From: Balanoglossus misakiensis
Lineage: Eukaryota > Animalia > Hemichordata
Reading direction: 5' to 3'
Assembly: GCA_040954595.2 (NCBI GenBank)
Contig: CM082583.2
Coordinates: 714,542-778,541, forward strand
DNA length: 64,000 bases
In this document: positions 13,411 through 24,100 of the stretch, one piece after another
Layout of the letters: each line of letters starts with the position of its first letter
How positions within the stretch are numbered: position 1 is the stretch's first letter
Translations under genes and position numbers: made by a program
Notes under the pieces: model-generated
Told to the model about the DNA's origin: nothing
The model's input: the letters and a program-made list of their open reading frames with translations, nothing else
The model's database searches: none

Positions 13411-15366
13411 CTGAAAATGTTATTTTTGTGATCAAAAGTGTACTTGTTGTCACCTGATCACACAGAATAAAGACATGTTCGTATTCTATTTTATATACTT
13501 TACGGTCAATTCTGTTGTTTTTTGCTATAATTCCATACAAATCTGTTGTAAAAATTGTCCCCCCCTCAAACCATTGATTATAAAATTTGTCCCCCCCTAA
13601 AAACTGCTTTGTAAAAGTAAACCCCCCCCCCTGATTTCCACCGCCCCCCCCCCCTCCCTGTAAAAAACGAATGCTCCCTTACCAATCAGAAACAGCCTTC
13701 CAAGACTGCGTAGCGCTCTTGTAAAGTTATTTTTGATTGTTCAAATTCTTTACCATGTCACTGCTGGCATACAACAATTCATATGACCCAGCAACTTTGT
13801 ATAGATGCACTGACATCAATGATATGCCTTCCAAAGCGCCACACATAGTGTAATTACACATGTTTCATGCTACTGACACGCTCTACCTTTTACCAGGTTC
13901 ATACACGAAAAAAATTGAGAGGCTATTTGCCTATGGTAAACACAGAGCATTAATCGTTTGAGTCGCCTTGTGTTCACACACACAAAGTTTATGTATATGC
14001 GCTGAGGCTCAGTCCCAAAGACAATGGATTGCAGAGAGGTTTTAATCCTTACACCGGATCAGGTCTGACGGGCAAAGCCGTCTCAAATCTAAGCCGTTTC
14101 AGAACCACTATACACCGTCCACACATGTTTTTTTAAGACAGTATGTGATCTGAGACGTTTCAGAACCGTCTTAATGGTGTGTGTGACCCCCATCTTAGAC
14201 AACTTAGACAATATTATCCGAAAATAAATATTAGACAAAATCATCCGATAATAAATATTAGCTCAGTCTATGTCCTGGCGCATTTCATCAGGACAATAAA
14301 ATACATAACAAAAGCCCTCACTACGCACCCACTCGACTTTTTGCCGGTAAAGCAACTTTTACATGCAGGAGAATTCCACTGGATGAAAATCTGTAACATT
14401 TAGCTTTATTTTCAGTATTTTAATTTTGTGTAAAAATTGCAATTTCTTGTTTTACTCCAAACATCACTTTAATATACATGTAGTACCAAATACTCAAATC
14501 ATTAACATTGCCTGTGTATGTGTAACGGCCATTGTTATCACTGTTGACAAATGAATTCTAGTTCGGACATGAATTTAAATTTTACACAATAATAATACTG
14601 AATATGCACATACATGAAGTGTTGATAAGCTAAACTCTGGATATTTTGTCATGTTTCTGGAGTTTATACTAGAAACCGCAGCAGATACACAGAGCAATAT
14701 TACTGAAAACATAGTGAAAAGTTGGAGCTAATGGAGCAGACAGCGTATTGTTCAGTGCTTGCGTGCCTTTGACTAAGATTATTATTATGTAGATATCACC
14801 AACATGTTTTTCATGAATTTCTAGAAATATAGAAATAAATACACTTGACTTATTTTGTCATTTTTTCCTTGCAAACTCCATTGTCATTGAATGTACGTAC
14901 ATGCGTAAACACACCACTGCTTTAAAACAAAAAGGTGATGGGTTTCGTATTTATTGCGTTGTATTCAATTGAACGGACATTTTTTTGGGTGGGGGCGGGG
15001 AGGTTCATTATTTCACAGCTTTCCCGAATAGACTTCTTAGTGCGCCCTCTTGTGGTGACATGTCTTCTGATAATCGGCCAGATAAAACAAATCATTGAAG
15101 TGTACCATCACTCTCGTCACAAAGAAACAAAATCCGCCATCGTTCCCGTTTTTAGATAAACATTCACTGTTTCGCCCTTTGGTGAAACACGTTAGGAAAA
15201 TGTATTTTGAGAATAGTATTTCCCTTTCGACATTGATACATTTTGTCAACTGATTGGACCGAGTAAATTGTTTGAAACGTAGGGCCCTATGGAGTGTTCG
15301 GATTTTAACTTCCTTCAGACCCAAGCCCCAGAGAGGAAGAAAAGCGCACGTTCTCATGTATGACAC

Positions 15367-15817
15367 TATAATATACCTCATGCTAATACTGTGTTCCGAT
15401 TCGCCAGAATCGGTCTCGTGATAGGAAAATAGAATCGACTATGAACCGCTAGGGAAATAGCAGAAAAAATATAAACCGGTCACGTGACCAGCGTGAGTGC
15501 GCAGACTCGGTTACGTCAATCAGCGTCGCGTCGTCTGACACAATGGCCACCGCGGAAGATGTCGTCTGCCAACCTCAAGAGAAGATTTTCCCAGCTGTTA
15601 GCATGAGGTTTATTATAAAACACCTATAGCCTGGCCTATATTCGGGCCATAGCAGCCGTTTTTACCCCCTCGTAACTGTGAGTTACCAGAATCATATGCT
15701 ATTTCCCTCGGCCTGCGGCCTCGGGAAATAGCATGTGATTCTGGTAACTCACAGCCCCTCGGGTGTAATAAACGGCCGCTATGGCCCTCATGACAAGGCA
15801 ATAGGTGTTCATTATAA
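15367..15817. mobile_element. Bipartite palindromic element, Crypton-like non-autonomous
   Basis: Inverted repeat tataatatacctcatgctaa (15367) / ttagcatgaggtttattata (15598-15617), then a ~200-bp hairpin (15613-15817) with apex ccctcggcctgcggcctcggg; TATAA at all three junctions. The family call is an inference. Confidence 0.6.
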
Positions 15818-16999
15818 CACTGTCCACTTTTTATCACCCGTGGGAAGGTTAGGCCTACATCAGCCACGTTGAGCAAGTCGGATATCCAAAGACCAGACAA
15901 GCCGCATATAACAACAGCATTGCTTTACTTTTTTCAAGCTAGGCCACCACCCTATATGCAGTAAAACAGGCATAGGCAGTAACATTCTCTATCAATCGAT
16001 TACTCAGATTTTACAGAGGAAAAAACGTTCACAAAAACAAATAAAAATCAACTTGAATTTGTATTTCCAACTTCTTGCACCACGCAAACATAGCCCGACC
16101 CATATGAAAACGAAATGTGTTTATTTTCTGAGGCCCAATTATTTATGCCTAAATTGTTCATGATGTACGCTATAAGCTACAAGCGATGGAAGTTCACTTC
16201 AAACCGACCGCCATAATATGACGTACGGCAAGGAAATACCGCCCCAACGCTACGTAAAAAGTATCAGTTATACTAGTACTTTGTTTATTCACAGTTTCGA
16301 GTACCACGGGTTTAACGGTTTTGGACAGCGTAATCTTTTCCGACTAGCTTCCAAATAAACTGATAAACTAAATCCAAGAGTTCGTGTCGACCTGAAAATT
16401 TCCGGACCCGGTGAAGAAAAAAGATGGAAACTTTTTTAAGATAAAAAAGGTGGACTGCGGAGGTCTTTCACGAAACTTAGACTCTTATCACAGGGCGCGG
16501 CTAGTGATATTTTGCGAAACAGTGAAACGGCGAAACAGCTTTAATAAAGTAGTCAGAAAAATTAATCTACTGACGTAATATTCCCTTGGAATGCACGATT
16601 TTTGTGGGGGGGGGGGGGGATCGTGAAATTGCCGGGAATTGCCGGGATCGCCCACTTGAAACATCAGCATGGGTCGATTATGTTAGATCTCAATGTTAGT
16701 GTTCTAAACTCGCTGTGGTTTTCCTGGGCCCAGTGATTTATTCAGGGATTTGATACAAAAAGTTGTCGGTCAGCCATTTTTCTTCTTCTGCCTTTCTCTT
16801 ACCCTTACTAAGCTTGAGTGTTCCGGTTAGAATCATATCGGTAAGAGAAAGACAGAAGAGCTGACATACAACAAACTTATTCAGTTTCTATCATATAAAT
16901 ATTTCTCCACTTTCTCTGAATAAATCGCTGTGCTGGGACATGTTTTAAAAATCATGTAGGCCTACACTATTCATGCCAATAAACTGCTACATATACATA

Positions 17000-17445
17000 T
17001 TCCGTTCCGTCTGTTCCGCAAATTTATAGTGTAAGTCGCGCGCACACACGACTCTACCACTAGTAGCCTACCAAGTGACCAGTGCAACTACTACACCAAT
17101 CTCATAGAGGAAAATTCCAAAAATCAGAAATCTTTATTCCGGACAATTTCAACATTGTTCAGCAACTCAAGACAGCTTCCAAATCATACGTCAACTACGG
17201 AACATTTAGATCGTTCAACCAGTATTTTATTCAGAAAATTGATGACATACGTCACCACAAGATCACCACCAGTCAACCATCACATGTTCGTTTTGGAGTG
17301 CCACAGGGTTCAGTTCTTGGCCCACTATGGTAATGCATTACTGTATGGTCTACCAGAAAGCAGTCGGAACCTTCTACAACGCACACAAAATACAGCTGCA
17401 AGAATCATATCTCGGTCCAGGAAGTCTGCCAATATAACGCCAGTG
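17000..17445 (+). mobile_element. Internally deleted, condensed L2-like LINE derivative
   Basis: Three normally distant ORF2 motifs are adjacent: FNQYFIQKIDDIR, FGVPQGSVLGP, and NALLYGLP...LQRTQNTAARIISRSRKSANITPV. Confidence 0.7.
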
Positions 17446-17623
17446 TTTTTAGTAGTTTTATAATTTTATTGGTATTTCAAAAATGTTGTCCTGTTTTTGT
17501 TTTTTTTTGTCTTGGAAGTCCACAAACAGAATTTATTACATTTTCTCAGTGTGAATCTCATTAGAACGACTTGAAAGTCCACAACAAAACATGTTTTTCC
17601 ACTGAAATGAGCAGGGTCTAGCA

Positions 17624-17726
17624 TGGCTGTGGAAACGCGGCTGCACCGTTGGAGGTTGGGATATACTGTTGTACCACCCCCACCCATATCCTAACCCCCA
17701 ATGGTGCAGCTGCGTTTACAAAGCTA
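17624..17726. mobile_element. 103-bp hairpin MITE with 9-bp TSD (Academ-like termini)
   Basis: ggtctagca|tggctgtggaaacgcggctgcaccgttggaggttgggatat ... atatcctaacccccaatggtgcagctgcgtttacaaagcta|ggtctagca. Confidence 0.75.
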
Positions 17727-18802
17727 GGTCTAGCAGCCTACCTCCAGGTTCAGACAATATCTCCGACCTGAGGTGAAGCAGGTTACACAATTTGCGCCAC
17801 CAACGGCAGTTTCTGATTTCCACCAACTATTGATATATACTGGTATGAGTGCAACCAACTTGATTCAATTAGTCTGTTGCCGCCCCCCCCCCCCCACTTT
17901 TTGAACACTGTTGACAAAACACTCATGAAAGGGGTGAGGTATGGGCCCATAATGTGTTTTGCATTGCTGTGAATGGAATTTTGTATCGAATGACATTGGC
18001 ATTTATCCCCAAATCATTTACTATTTTGTCCATTGCCAACAGATGCCCGCGTTCACAGTTTTGAGAATTTTTACCTCCTGCAATATATATTTTGCCGAAT
18101 TTGAGAGCAATCTCTGTTGCGAGGCAGTTGCATGAAACCTTCTCCCGTCTGAACTAGATGCCAATAAGAGAGGGTTTTTAGTCACAATGGTCACTTCTGA
18201 CAAAAGGTTCTATTTGTCTGGAAATGAGTTTACAGTAGCAATTCACTAAAATCTCAGTGAGCATAACTGCAGTTATAGAATTTTAACCAAGCGTATGTTT
18301 TCATATCAATGAAAAATACCAGAATGTAAAGGTCATGAGATGGTCACGAAAATGACATAATTGTTCAAGACTAGAGGATAGCAATGTAAAAAGACAATGC
18401 GCCATGGAGTATATTAGTAAGTAACTATTTATTTATTTAAAACAAACCAAGCTTAGTTTTACCAGTTTTAATTTGAGGAAACAAATATTTTGTAAAAAGA
18501 TGAACAAATATTTTTCTGACATCACTATTGCCGACAAGCCTCTTGCTTTTCACATCCCTCCAGTTCCAATCCAAGATCACATAGCCAAGTGTGACAGGGC
18601 GATCAACGTATAGGCCTTAGTATCATTCTAAGAGGGTTAGCAGCTTTCATTATGATGGGGCATGTGATTCAGGTCCCCCCCCCATCTACCTTGGCTGAGC
18701 TTTGGATCGCTTCGCCAAAGTTTATATGACAAGGGTGTTAGACCATTCCTATAACATTAGGCTAGCTATATCGTTTATATGCCTTAATGAATTAATTAAT
18801 AT

Positions 18803-18860
18803 GACTGACTGACGAACTGACTGACTGACTGAATGAATGAATGAATCAATCAATCAATCA
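18803..18860. repeat. Tetranucleotide microsatellite (ACTG)(AATG)(AATC)
   Basis: Directly visible. Confidence 0.9.
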
Positions 18861-19119
18861 CCCGACATGGCCTGGAAGGATTCACCCCCTGTTGAGATGT
18901 TGGCACCCCCTAGCAAATTGTCATGGGTGGGGTGGTCAGTGGCCCTTAAAATGATGTCACTCACATGATAGAGATATTAATTACATAACTCTTTTCCAGA
19001 GTGTGCTCTATTTACACTCTGCACTATATTCAGGTACATGTGTAATGATATTTCAATTACTTTTGGAATCACAGGACAGTAGAAAGGTTGATTGAACAAA
19101 GGATTTGAAATTCACTCAC

Positions 19120-19188
19120 CATGTATTGGAACAGCTCTTACAGACATCACATCATCATTCAACGCTAAATCTTCGTAACTTTTACATA
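19120..19188 (-). CDS. ELAC2: Internal exon, RNase Z (ELAC2)-like, 69 nt, phase 1-1: xCKSYEDLALNDDVMSVRAVPIH
   Basis: Acceptor ttatattaacag, donor gtgagt, open frame; resembles human ELAC2 [22 protein letters not shown] (recalled from memory, not aligned). Confidence 0.6.
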
Positions 19189-20035
19189 CTGTTAATATAA
19201 ATATAATTACTTTTCTTTAAATATCATCCAAATATTACAATGTTTCTAGCAATTTCATAAACTGCATTAATATAATACTGTGTGTATGATATATACTTTG
19301 TGGATAGGATACAGATCTTTGCTTATTACCAAGAATATAACACCATGTGTTTGGATTTTAAATGCAGTTCGGAGCTGACTGTGTTGCATTTTGACTGCAA
19401 AATTAAAATATTTAGTTACATTTCCTTGCATTTAGTGTTGAAAATGTCACTTTTAGCTTTAAAATGAGCACTGATATCTATGGAAATAGGAGAATCGTGC
19501 TTTCTATTCTACAACAAACAATATTTACATTTAATCAAACAACAGGAGGATATTTGACAGTCAATCAATAAATATAACATACATATGAGTTGCATGTACA
19601 AAACTAGACACATGTATGTATGTGATATTTAAAGACACATTAACTGTAACACATGCTCTACCCAGAACTCCACTTGTCAACATAACCTGTATGTGTGTAA
19701 CGGCTATTGAAATGAATTCTAGTCCAGACTTGACTTCAAATTTAGAATAACAATACTGACTAGACACACCTATATTTCATCATGATTCAGGGATTTGAAC
19801 AAGACACTGCAGTAAATACTTAAAACAAAAATACTGAAAACAAAGTGAAAAGTTACAGCTTATGAAGCTTGAAATATGTTCAGACACAAGTAGAACAGGC
19901 AATGAAAACACATTATAAACATTGGGAAAAACACCCAAAGTTACATGTACTACCGGTATCTCTTTAGTGACAAAGATGCAACTAAACTAGCATGTATTGT
20001 ACAACCAATAGTGAAAAGAGTTGAAATGTACATAC

Positions 20036-20103
20036 CAATCTAGGTGGTCCATAGTAGGTCACTTTCTTTGCTGTGCCTATGTCTCTCAGTGTCAGTGTTA
20101 AAC
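20036..20103 (-). CDS. ELAC2: Internal exon, RNase Z (ELAC2)-like, 68 nt, phase 1-0: GLTLTLRDIGTAKKVTYYGPPRL
   Basis: Acceptor tttgtcttatgacag, donor gtatgt; strong resemblance to ELAC2 N-terminal-half [22 protein letters not shown] (recalled from memory). Confidence 0.72.
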
Positions 20104-20227
20104 CTGTCATAAGACAAACCAAATGATTTATATACATGAATATTCAAATGATGTATTCCTTGGCTGTATTGACAAACACACTGTCTACATTCTTGAATAC
20201 TAGTGTGTTACGTATTGACAGCCAAGA

Positions 20228-20530
20228 TTATACACATGATGACTGACAATGAGGGCAACATTGTATTTTTGATGATCGAGGGCGCTGCTAGTCACAACTA
20301 AAACAGACTGTTTTGGTGTGACTTGCAGTCCTGAGGTCATCAAAAATACACTGTTGCCCGAATATGTCAGTCATCATGTGTTGTATAACACACCAAACAC
20401 GTAATTATATCAAGACGGGGCAACAGTACTGGGCAGAAACCGATCGAACTGATGCCCTAGGGAACAGTTCGAAATGACTTAGGTCACATGACGAATCACG
20501 ATCGATGGTTCGCTGCATGGTGTGTTATAA
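20228..20530. mobile_element. Second bipartite palindromic element, Crypton-like
   Basis: ~160-bp hairpin tatacacatgatgactgaca...tgtcagtcatcatgtgttgtata, then a segment bounded by tataacacacc / ggtgtgttataa; the mirror of the 15367-15817 architecture. Confidence 0.55.
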
Positions 20531-20879
20531 ACTACTTTGTCACACTCCGGGCACGCTGGGAGTGTGGGATCAAAGTGTGTAAACAAATCAATCCCACACA
20601 CTCACTGAATCGAAGGCTGTATATGATGTGAGTGCTGATTGGTTGACAAAGTATTCTTTTGCTAACGCACACTAAATGTTATCCAATGGCACGATGTGTA
20701 ATATAGGGCCAGAGACTAAAACATGCCAGATGAAAGTTTCAGAGAAATTTATTCAATGTTTTTAACGAATTTGGATAATTTGTGACTGTGTGAGAAATAA
20801 GAGTTTGAGATTCTATTAGTCACATATATTTGTAATCAAATCTATGTCTGTTGCCATTTTATTAAACTTGGGTCATGGA

Positions 20880-21150
20880 AATATTATAAAACAAGTAACA
20901 AATGTTTTATTTCAATTGTACATTGTAACAAGGGTGAATATAATTTATTATCTTTTCTGGAATGCTATTCCACACTGTGGGACCAACAAATTCGATTAAA
21001 GTCTGACCTAACCGATTGTTATATTTTGGAGGATGATAAATATTGTTATCTCTTGAATGACTGTGATAACCATGTTCTATTAGGAAGTGTGTCAGGAACG
21101 AAAATAGCAGCCTGTAATTTGAATTGACTGTATATGAGATTAAATTGGAT
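20880..21150 (-). pseudogene. Decayed 3' end of a CR1-group LINE ORF2
   Basis: Minus-strand peptides IYSQFKLQAAIFV and LGQTLIEFVGPTVWNSIPEK resemble the CR1/Crack ORF2 C-terminus; frames are broken. Confidence 0.5.
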
Positions 21151-24100
21151 AGCTCGTCTCACGCGCATGCGCGTAACTTCCCAGCAAATTTTCCGTTCGA
21201 TGCATTCAAATAGTGGACTGCCTTCGCTTCCTTCCATATTTCATGCGCACAGTATAGCGTTCGTTAGCAACGTTGATCAAGTCAGATTTCCTACGGCATG
21301 GCTTGGCTAAAGCCCTGGCACTTTAGAGCAGAAACACGCGTACAGAGACCACGTTGATCTACTCACATTTCCTTCGGCCTGGCACGGCTGATGCCCCGGC
21401 ACTATATATAGGACACAGACTGGCGTAAGTTAACAACGGTAATCACGTCGGGTTTCCTACGGCCTGGCTCAGCTGAAGCCCCGGCACTCTACAGCAGAAA
21501 CAGGCGTACATCGACCACGTTGATCAAGTCAGATTTCCTACGGCGTGACTCGGCTGGTGCACCGGCTCTATATGACACAGACTGGCGTAAGTTATCAACG
21601 GTGATTACGTCGGATTTCCTACGGCCTGGTTTAGCTGAAGCCCCGGCACTTAAGAGCGGAAACACGCGTACATTGACCACAATGATCAAGTCAGATCTCC
21701 TACGGCCTGGCTCGACTAAAACCCCGGCACACCATGACAGACACTAGCGTTCGTTAGCAACGGTGATCAAGTCGGATTTCCTTCGGCCTGGCTCTGCAAA
21801 AGACCCGACACTCTAGTACAAAGACGTTGGCTAAGTCGGGCAAACCGAAGAGGGAAAGTCACAGCGGTTCAACACTTGACATTTGTTCGGGTAGGACTGC
21901 ATTATTGCCTGTCAATTATAGAGAAAGCCCGAATTTAACCAGGGCGTTTCAAACACCGACGTTAGTTGGGGGCACGGCCTGCAGTACTGCCGGGTAAGCT
22001 GACATCGGCGTACCGCATATAATGTAGGGGGGGGGGGGGGAACAGAACGGTTCAATACTACATTTATTAGATATCAGCTAATTTTGGACAATCATCTAAA
22101 ATCTAAATCATTTTTTCATATTTGGATATCTGATGATGTATGAAATTTCCATTATATGTAAAAATGGTGCTGATTATAAAAAATGCACTCTGAATGAGCT
22201 GATTTAATACAAAATTGCGTTTTATTTGTTATTGCACCAAAAAGGTCATTTTTAGGCAAAACATTCTTTATTTTTTTTAATTCGGTGACCTGATCATATA
22301 TAAACAATTGCTTGTATGTTAAAAGTTTTGATGACTTTTCAAAGCAGTGACACTGGCGGCATTCAACACGAAAATAACAATTTTAGCCACAATTTGGTCA
22401 AAATGGTAAATTTTTGAAAATTACAAAAAATACCTGTTTTATACATTTTCGGAAATCTGATGGAGTATAGAATGCTCTTCGTATGTATATATCGATACAA
22501 ATTCCACAAAAGACCGTGTAATTTGGCTCACTGCAGACAAAATTGCGTTTTACCAAATTTTTCTTGAAAATGTCATTTTTAGAAGAAAAAAAAAATAAAA
22601 AAACCTTTGTTCTTCGAATTTGGTGCCCTGATCTTATATGACATGTTGATTGTATGTTAAAACTTTCGACCACTCCAAAAATGCAGAGATATTGACGGAA
22701 TTCAAGAAAAAATAGCCATTTTGGCCATATTTTGACAAAAATGGTAAATTTTTAAAAAATCATAAAAAATTAACTCTTTTCTTCATTTTCGGAAATATTA
22801 TGGAGCATGAAGTGTCGTTCTCTTGTAAAAAGTGCTGCAAATTCCAGAAAAGGTGGTATAATTTGAATCACCCAAGACAAAATTACCATTTTCGACTTTT
22901 TTTTGAAAAATTGTATTTTTTACAAAATAAATAAGAATAAATTCTTTTCTTAGTTTCAAACGGGTAGAGATACTTTCCACACGGGTTTTCTAACATTGAA
23001 TTCCCGTTCATCAACTCAGATTTCCTACAGCATAAGTCGGCTAAAACCCTGACACTCTAGAGCAGAAACAGTTGCACACTGGTAACGTTGAACAAGTCGA
23101 TTTTTCTACGGCCTGGCTCGGCTAAATCTCCGTCACAATATTACAGACACTAGCGTACGTTAGCAACGGTGATCAAGTCAGATTTCCTACGGCATGGCTT
23201 GGATAAAGCCCCGGCACTCTAGAGCAGAAACACGCGTACAGAGACCACGTTGATCTACTCACATTTCCTTCGGCCTGGCACGGCTGATGCCCCGGCACTA
23301 TATATAGGACACAGACTGGCGTAAGTTAACAACGGTAATCACGTCGGGTTTCCTACGGCCTGGCTCAGCTGAAGCCCCGGCACTCTAGAGCAGAAACACG
23401 CGTACATTGACCACGTTGATCAAGTCAGATTTCCTACGGCGTGACTCGGCTGGTGCACCGGCTCTATATGACACAGACTGGCGTAAGTTATCAACGGTGA
23501 TTACGTCGGATTTCCTACGGCCTGGTTTAGCTGAAGCCCCGGCACTTTAGAGCGGAAACACGCGTACATTGACCACGATGATCAAGTCAGATCTCCTACG
23601 GCCTGGCTCGACTAAAACCCCGGCACACCATGACAGACACTAGCGTTCGTTAGCAACGGTGATCAAGTCGGATTTCCTTCGGCCTGGCTCTGCAAAAGAC
23701 CCGACACTCTAGTACAAAGACGTTGGCTAAGTCGGGCAAACCGAAGAGGGAAAGTCACAACGGGTCAACACTCGACATTTGTTCGGGTAGGACTGCATTA
23801 TTGCCTGTCAATTTATAGAGAAAGCCCGAATTTAACCAGGGCGCTTCAAACACCGACGTTAGTTGGGGGCACGGCCTGCAGTACTGCCGGGTAAGCTCAC
23901 ATCGGCGTACCGCATATAATGTAGGGGGGGGGGGGAAACAGAACGGTTCAATACTACATTTATTAGATATCAGCTAATTTTGGACAATCATCTAAAATCT
24001 AAATCATTTTTTCATATTTGGATATCTGATGATGTATGAAATTTCCATTATATGTAAACATGGTGCTGATTATAAAAAATGCACTCTGAATGAGCTGATT

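Larger units (their letters stand above)
12050..13678. mobile_element. Non-autonomous TIR DNA transposon with TTA TSD (PIF/Harbinger- or Zator-type)
   Basis: tta|gggagcattcgttttttacagggagggggg...ccccctccctgtaaaaaacgaatgctccc|tta; near-perfect ~40-bp TIR; subterminal poly-C blocks. Confidence 0.9.

Noticed and set aside
18020-18770. Other exon-shaped minus-strand segments downstream of the ELAC2-like exons
   Set aside because: Stops in most frames and no recognisable homology.
19451-19508. 58-nt phase 0-1 open segment that would bridge the two ELAC2-like exons
   Set aside because: Weak donor (gtgaca) and the peptide NRKHDSPISIDISAHFKAK shows no resemblance to ELAC2; unsupported without RNA-seq.
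21489-21747. 81 bp = 27 codons, giving a repeating peptide (IKSDFLR...)
   Set aside because: The frames I checked hit recurrent stops (ctcTAG, cacTAG, cTGA) and single-base indels are tolerated between units; no evidence of coding.
22125-22175. Hammerhead-like core ctgatga...gaaa in each satellite unit
   Set aside because: Helix II cannot pair (tgtat), the cleavage position would be G, and helix I is poor. An Infernal hammerhead search would settle it.
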